Of a stretch of DNA of 58,460 nt, positions 54,769 to 58,460 are shown one piece after another. The notes under the pieces were generated by a model, which did not search any database, was not told the origin of the DNA, and saw only the letters and a program-made list of their open reading frames with translations. A program made the translations under genes and the position numbers. Origin of the DNA: a virus (Duplodnaviria; Caudoviricetes); the IMG/VR virus record IMGVR_UViG_3300008116_000046, positions 1 to 58,460 of that record; one strand, given 5' to 3'. The stretch's first letter is position 1; every line of letters begins with the position of its first letter.

Positions 54769-56418
54769 ATGGCAAATAATGATGTTTATCTTGGTAATCC
54801 GCTATTAAAAAAAGCGAATACCACTCATGAATTTACTGAAGAGCAAATTATTGAGATTGCAAAATGTATGGAAGATCCCGTATATTTTGCAAAAAATTAT
54901 GTAAAAATTGTAACCCTTGATCATGGATTGCAACCTTTCAAGCTGTATCCTTTTCAAGAGAAACTTGTAAGAAGATTCCACGAGCACAGATTTAATATCT
55001 GCAAAATGCCCCGTCAGACGGGAAAAAGTACTACTGTAGTATCTTTCCTATTACATTATGCCGTGTTTAATGATAATGTGAATATTGGCATTCTTGCAAA
55101 CAAAGCAGCAACAGCAAGAGAACTCTTAGACAGACTGCAGACCGCTTATGAAAACTTGCCGAAGTGGATGCAACAAGGAATTATATCGTGGAACAAGGGT
55201 TCCTTGGAACTGGAGAATGGAAGTAAAATCTTGGCTGCTTCTACTTCTGCTTCTGCAGTTCGTGGTATGTCATTCAATATTCTATTTTTGGACGAATTTG
55301 CGTTCGTTCCCAATCACATCGCAGATTCATTTTTTGCATCAGTATATCCGACAATTACTTCAGGTAAAAACACAAAAGTAATTGTTGTATCTACCCCACA
55401 CGGTATGAATCATTTCTACCGAATGTGGCATGATGCTGAGAAAGGAAAAAATGAATATATTTTTACGGATGTTCATTGGAGTGAAGTTCCAGGAAGAGAC
55501 AATGAATGGAAAGCACAGACTATTGCAAACACTTCAGAACAACAATTTAAAGTTGAATTTGAATGCGAATTTTTGGGATCGGTAGATACTCTTATTGCAC
55601 CATCAAAACTTAGAAGTCTCGTTTATGACCACCCTAAGACCCGTAGTGCAGGTTTAGATGTATATGTAGATCCTATTGAGAACCATGACTATTTGATCAC
55701 TGTGGATGTTGCTAGAGGGGTTGGAAATGATTATTCAGCATTCACTGTTGTTGATATAACTGAGTTTCCTCATAAAGTAGTTGCAAAGTACAGAAATAAT
55801 GAAATTAAACCGATGCTTTTCCCAAGTATAATTGATGAAATTGGGAAGAGTTATAACGAAGCATATATTTTGTGTGAAGTTAATGACGTTGGAGATCAAG
55901 TAGCAAGTATTCTTCAATATGACTTAGAATATAAAAATCTTCTAATGTGCTCTATGAGAGGTAGAGCTGGTCAGATTGTTGGACAAGGATTTAGTGGTAA
56001 GAAAACCCAACTTGGAGTAAAGATGTCCAAGACAGTAAAAAAAGTTGGGTGCCTCAATCTTAAAACTATGATTGAAGAGAATAAATTATATTTAAACGAT
56101 TATGAGATAATTTCAGAATTAACTACATTTATTCAGAAACATAATTCATTTGAGGCGGAAGAGGGATGCAACGACGACCTCGCAATGTGTCTGGTGATTT
56201 ATGCTTGGTTAGTTGCACAAGATTATTTTAAAGAACTTACAGATCAAGATGTGAGAAAAAGATTATATGAAGAGCAGAGAAATCAAATAGAACAAGATAT
56301 GTCTCCGTTTGGGTTTGTATCTGACGGATTAGATAGTGGTAGTTTTATTGATAATGATGGGGATAGGTGGTATGTTGATGAATATGGAGACAGGTCTTAT
56401 ATGTGGGAATATATGTAA
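54769..56418 (+). CDS. gp17: Terminase large subunit gp17
   Basis: YLGNPLLK; PRQTGKST Walker A; LFLDEFAF Walker B; STPHG; VDVARG; NDDLAM. Confidence 0.97.
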   Translation: MANNDVYLGNPLLKKANTTHEFTEEQIIEIAKCMEDPVYFAKNYVKIVTLDHGLQPFKLYPFQEKLVRRFHEHRFNICKMPRQTGKSTTVVSFLLHYAVFNDNVNIGILANKAATARELLDRLQTAYENLPKWMQQGIISWNKGSLELENGSKILAASTSASAVRGMSFNILFLDEFAFVPNHIADSFFASVYPTITSGKNTKVIVVSTPHGMNHFYRMWHDAEKGKNEYIFTDVHWSEVPGRDNEWKAQTIANTSEQQFKVEFECEFLGSVDTLIAPSKLRSLVYDHPKTRSAGLDVYVDPIENHDYLITVDVARGVGNDYSAFTVVDITEFPHKVVAKYRNNEIKPMLFPSIIDEIGKSYNEAYILCEVNDVGDQVASILQYDLEYKNLLMCSMRGRAGQIVGQGFSGKKTQLGVKMSKTVKKVGCLNLKTMIEENKLYLNDYEIISELTTFIQKHNSFEAEEGCNDDLAMCLVIYAWLVAQDYFKELTDQDVRKRLYEEQRNQIEQDMSPFGFVSDGLDSGSFIDNDGDRWYVDEYGDRSYMWEYM

Positions 56419-56648
56419 TGGATCTAGATAAACAAATAAAACTTGGACATTTGTTGTTAGTAGATAGAAAATGTAGAGTTTGTGGGGAGGTTAAGAATTT
56501 AATAGATTCTTTTTATAGGACAAGAAAAGACAGGGGACCGGTTACATCTTCATACTCATATGAGTGTAAAGAATGTACCATAAAAAGAATTTGTAGTAGA
56601 AAAAATATAATAGAAAAAAATTTAAAATGGGAATATCCTGATTGGTAA
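56418..56648 (+). CDS. Small zinc-finger protein
   Basis: CRVC...YECKEC; TAATG coupling to gp17. Confidence 0.7.
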   Translation: MDLDKQIKLGHLLLVDRKCRVCGEVKNLIDSFYRTRKDRGPVTSSYSYECKECTIKRICSRKNIIEKNLKWEYPDW

Positions 56649-56730
56649 ATATTCACGTCAGGTTTCCCCTGTGTAAAGTATATTTTTAATAAATATTTTT
56701 TAGATAAACTGAGACTTTACGGAGAAAAAC

Positions 56731-58460
56731 ATGGCGACTCCTCAATTATCTCCAGGCGTACTCGTCAGAGAGGTTGATTTAACAGTAGGAAGAGCTGATA
56801 ATGTTTTAGATAATATTGGTGCGATTGCAGGACCTTTTCCAATCGGACCAGTTGATTACCCAATTGATATCACTACAGAGCAAGACTTAATCAACGTATT
56901 TGGAAAACCACTCTCGACAGATTCCCAATACGAATACTGGATGAGTGCATCATCATATCTTTCATATGGTGGCGTTCTAAAGGTCGTAAGAACTAGTGGC
57001 ACATTACTAAACAATGCAAACGCAGGTGTTGGTGCAGCATCAACCGCTTCTTTGGATATTGACAACTACGACGATTACATCAACAATCACTCAGAAGGAA
57101 ACAACTTCACTTATGCTGCAAAGAACCCAGGTTCTTGGGCAAACAACATGAAGGTTTGCTTCATTGATGATTATGCTGACCAAACTATTGGCATTGCTAC
57201 AACCAATCCTTCTGCTTTAGGAGCATTGATTGGATATGGTGTTACTACAGCTTTAACAAATGCCACTTTACCTGGGGCAGGTTCTACGTCAGTATTTAAT
57301 GGATACTTAAAGGGAATTATTGTTGGCGTAACAACAGATGCTACGAATAGCAATTCCACTATCGATGTCAAAATTCTTTCCAGAGTTTCTGTTGGCGGAA
57401 CAGAAACAAGAATTAGTTATGCAGAAGGAAGCACTTATGCGGCATTTGCTTCTGGCAATTCTTTAAGATTCGTCAATAATTCTGGAGCAACGCAGTCTGG
57501 TATTGCAACAGTAGCATCAATTTCAGACTGGTATAATGACCAAACTCTTGGTTTAACTAATACTACAATTTATTGGAAATCAATCGCTCCAAAACCAGGA
57601 ACAACAAGATATGCATCTGAAAGAAATTCACATAATGATGAACTTCATGTTGTAGTTGTTGATGATCTTGGAACTATTACCGGAAATCAAGCAACACTTC
57701 TTGAAAAGCATATTGGTCTTTCTAAAGCATTAGACGCTGTTTCTGCCGTAAATTCTCCACAGAAGATATGGTATGAGCAATATCTTGCAGACTTCTCTTC
57801 TCAGATTTATGCAGGAGGAAATCCATCAAGCGCAGTCGATTCTCATTGGGGAACATCACCAAGAGCAACTGGTTTTACAACATATTCTGGCGTTCCATCT
57901 GCTTCATTTGCAGTAGTTCCAACTGCAAATGGTCTATGGGGTCTGAATGCACAGGACGTAACTTTCAGTGCTATTGGAAATAAGACTTATACCTTAACTG
58001 GTGGTGTTGATTATTCTGCCTCGGGTGGAATGAAGCCAACGTTAGGAAATCTTGTGACCTCATACAATTTATTCTCAAATAAGGATGAGGTTCAAGTTGA
58101 TTATCTGATTATGGGTCCAGGAATGGATTCAGTATCAGATTCCCAAGCAAAAGCTGGTTATTTAATCTCACTTGCAGAGCAAAGAAAAGACTGTATTGCT
58201 GTGATTGGACCCCATAGGTCTGATTTAATTGGTATTACTAATACTACAACACAGACAAATAATCTTATTAAGTTCTTTAGTGGAGTCAATAGTTCTTTAC
58301 CATCTTCATCTTATGCAGTATTTGATAGTGGATATAAGTACACATATGATAGATTCAATAACAAGTTCGTCTATGTTCCTTGCAATGCTGATGTTGCAGG
58401 TCTAATGTGCCGCACCAATATCGTTGCATATCCTTGGTTCTCTCCTGCTGGACAGCAAAG
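56731..58460 (+). CDS. gp18: Tail sheath protein gp18 (3'-truncated by the window end)
   Basis: MATPQLSPGVLVREVDLT; AKNPGSWAN; RKDCIA; PWFSPAG at the window end; late promoter at 56688; GGAG RBS. Confidence 0.95.
   Translation, partial: MATPQLSPGVLVREVDLTVGRADNVLDNIGAIAGPFPIGPVDYPIDITTEQDLINVFGKPLSTDSQYEYWMSASSYLSYGGVLKVVRTSGTLLNNANAGVGAASTASLDIDNYDDYINNHSEGNNFTYAAKNPGSWANNMKVCFIDDYADQTIGIATTNPSALGALIGYGVTTALTNATLPGAGSTSVFNGYLKGIIVGVTTDATNSNSTIDVKILSRVSVGGTETRISYAEGSTYAAFASGNSLRFVNNSGATQSGIATVASISDWYNDQTLGLTNTTIYWKSIAPKPGTTRYASERNSHNDELHVVVVDDLGTITGNQATLLEKHIGLSKALDAVSAVNSPQKIWYEQYLADFSSQIYAGGNPSSAVDSHWGTSPRATGFTTYSGVPSASFAVVPTANGLWGLNAQDVTFSAIGNKTYTLTGGVDYSASGGMKPTLGNLVTSYNLFSNKDEVQVDYLIMGPGMDSVSDSQAKAGYLISLAEQRKDCIAVIGPHRSDLIGITNTTTQTNNLIKFFSGVNSSLPSSSYAVFDSGYKYTYDRFNNKFVYVPCNADVAGLMCRTNIVAYPWFSPAGQQ

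Noticed and set aside
28335-56418. Inteins, introns or diversity-generating retroelement repeats in the giant structural genes or gp17
   Set aside because: Frames are uninterrupted, gp17 has normal length, and no splice-junction, LAGLIDADG or reverse-transcriptase motifs were seen. Long near-duplicate repeats cannot be fully excluded by eye.

Overview
Segment of a large T4-like myovirus genome, most likely a cyanophage (Kyanoviridae-like), judged from gene order and protein motifs. It has three parts. (1) 1-22300: an accessory/early region of mostly tiny + strand ORFs. It is divided by 16 copies of a promoter element, a 22-bp palindrome (consensus GTGCCAC-N8-GTGGCAC) placed 29-31 bp upstream of a sigma70-type -10 box. 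Recognisable cargo: a putative type II restriction-modification pair, an ArdA-like antirestriction protein, an SF2 helicase, a TOPRIM protein, DUF2786- and DUF6011-like proteins, tRNA-Ala(UGC), tRNA-Arg(UCU), a few late-promoter internal-protein-like genes and a GC-rich structured intergenic element. (2) 22300-24000: a mostly non-coding interval. It holds an inverted 17th copy of the element firing into an AT-rich iterated tract, a five-repeat array with exact 72-bp period and unique hairpin-bearing spacers, and a strongly G/T-skewed tract. This is a candidate origin and/or non-coding RNA locus. (3) 24000-58460: the virion module (gp25, gp6, a 3616-aa gp7-like protein, gp8, a 2569-aa VrlC-like protein, gp13-gp17, truncated gp18), with a modular 690-aa putative polyprotein between gp16 and gp17. 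All product calls come from motif recognition by eye; no searches were run.
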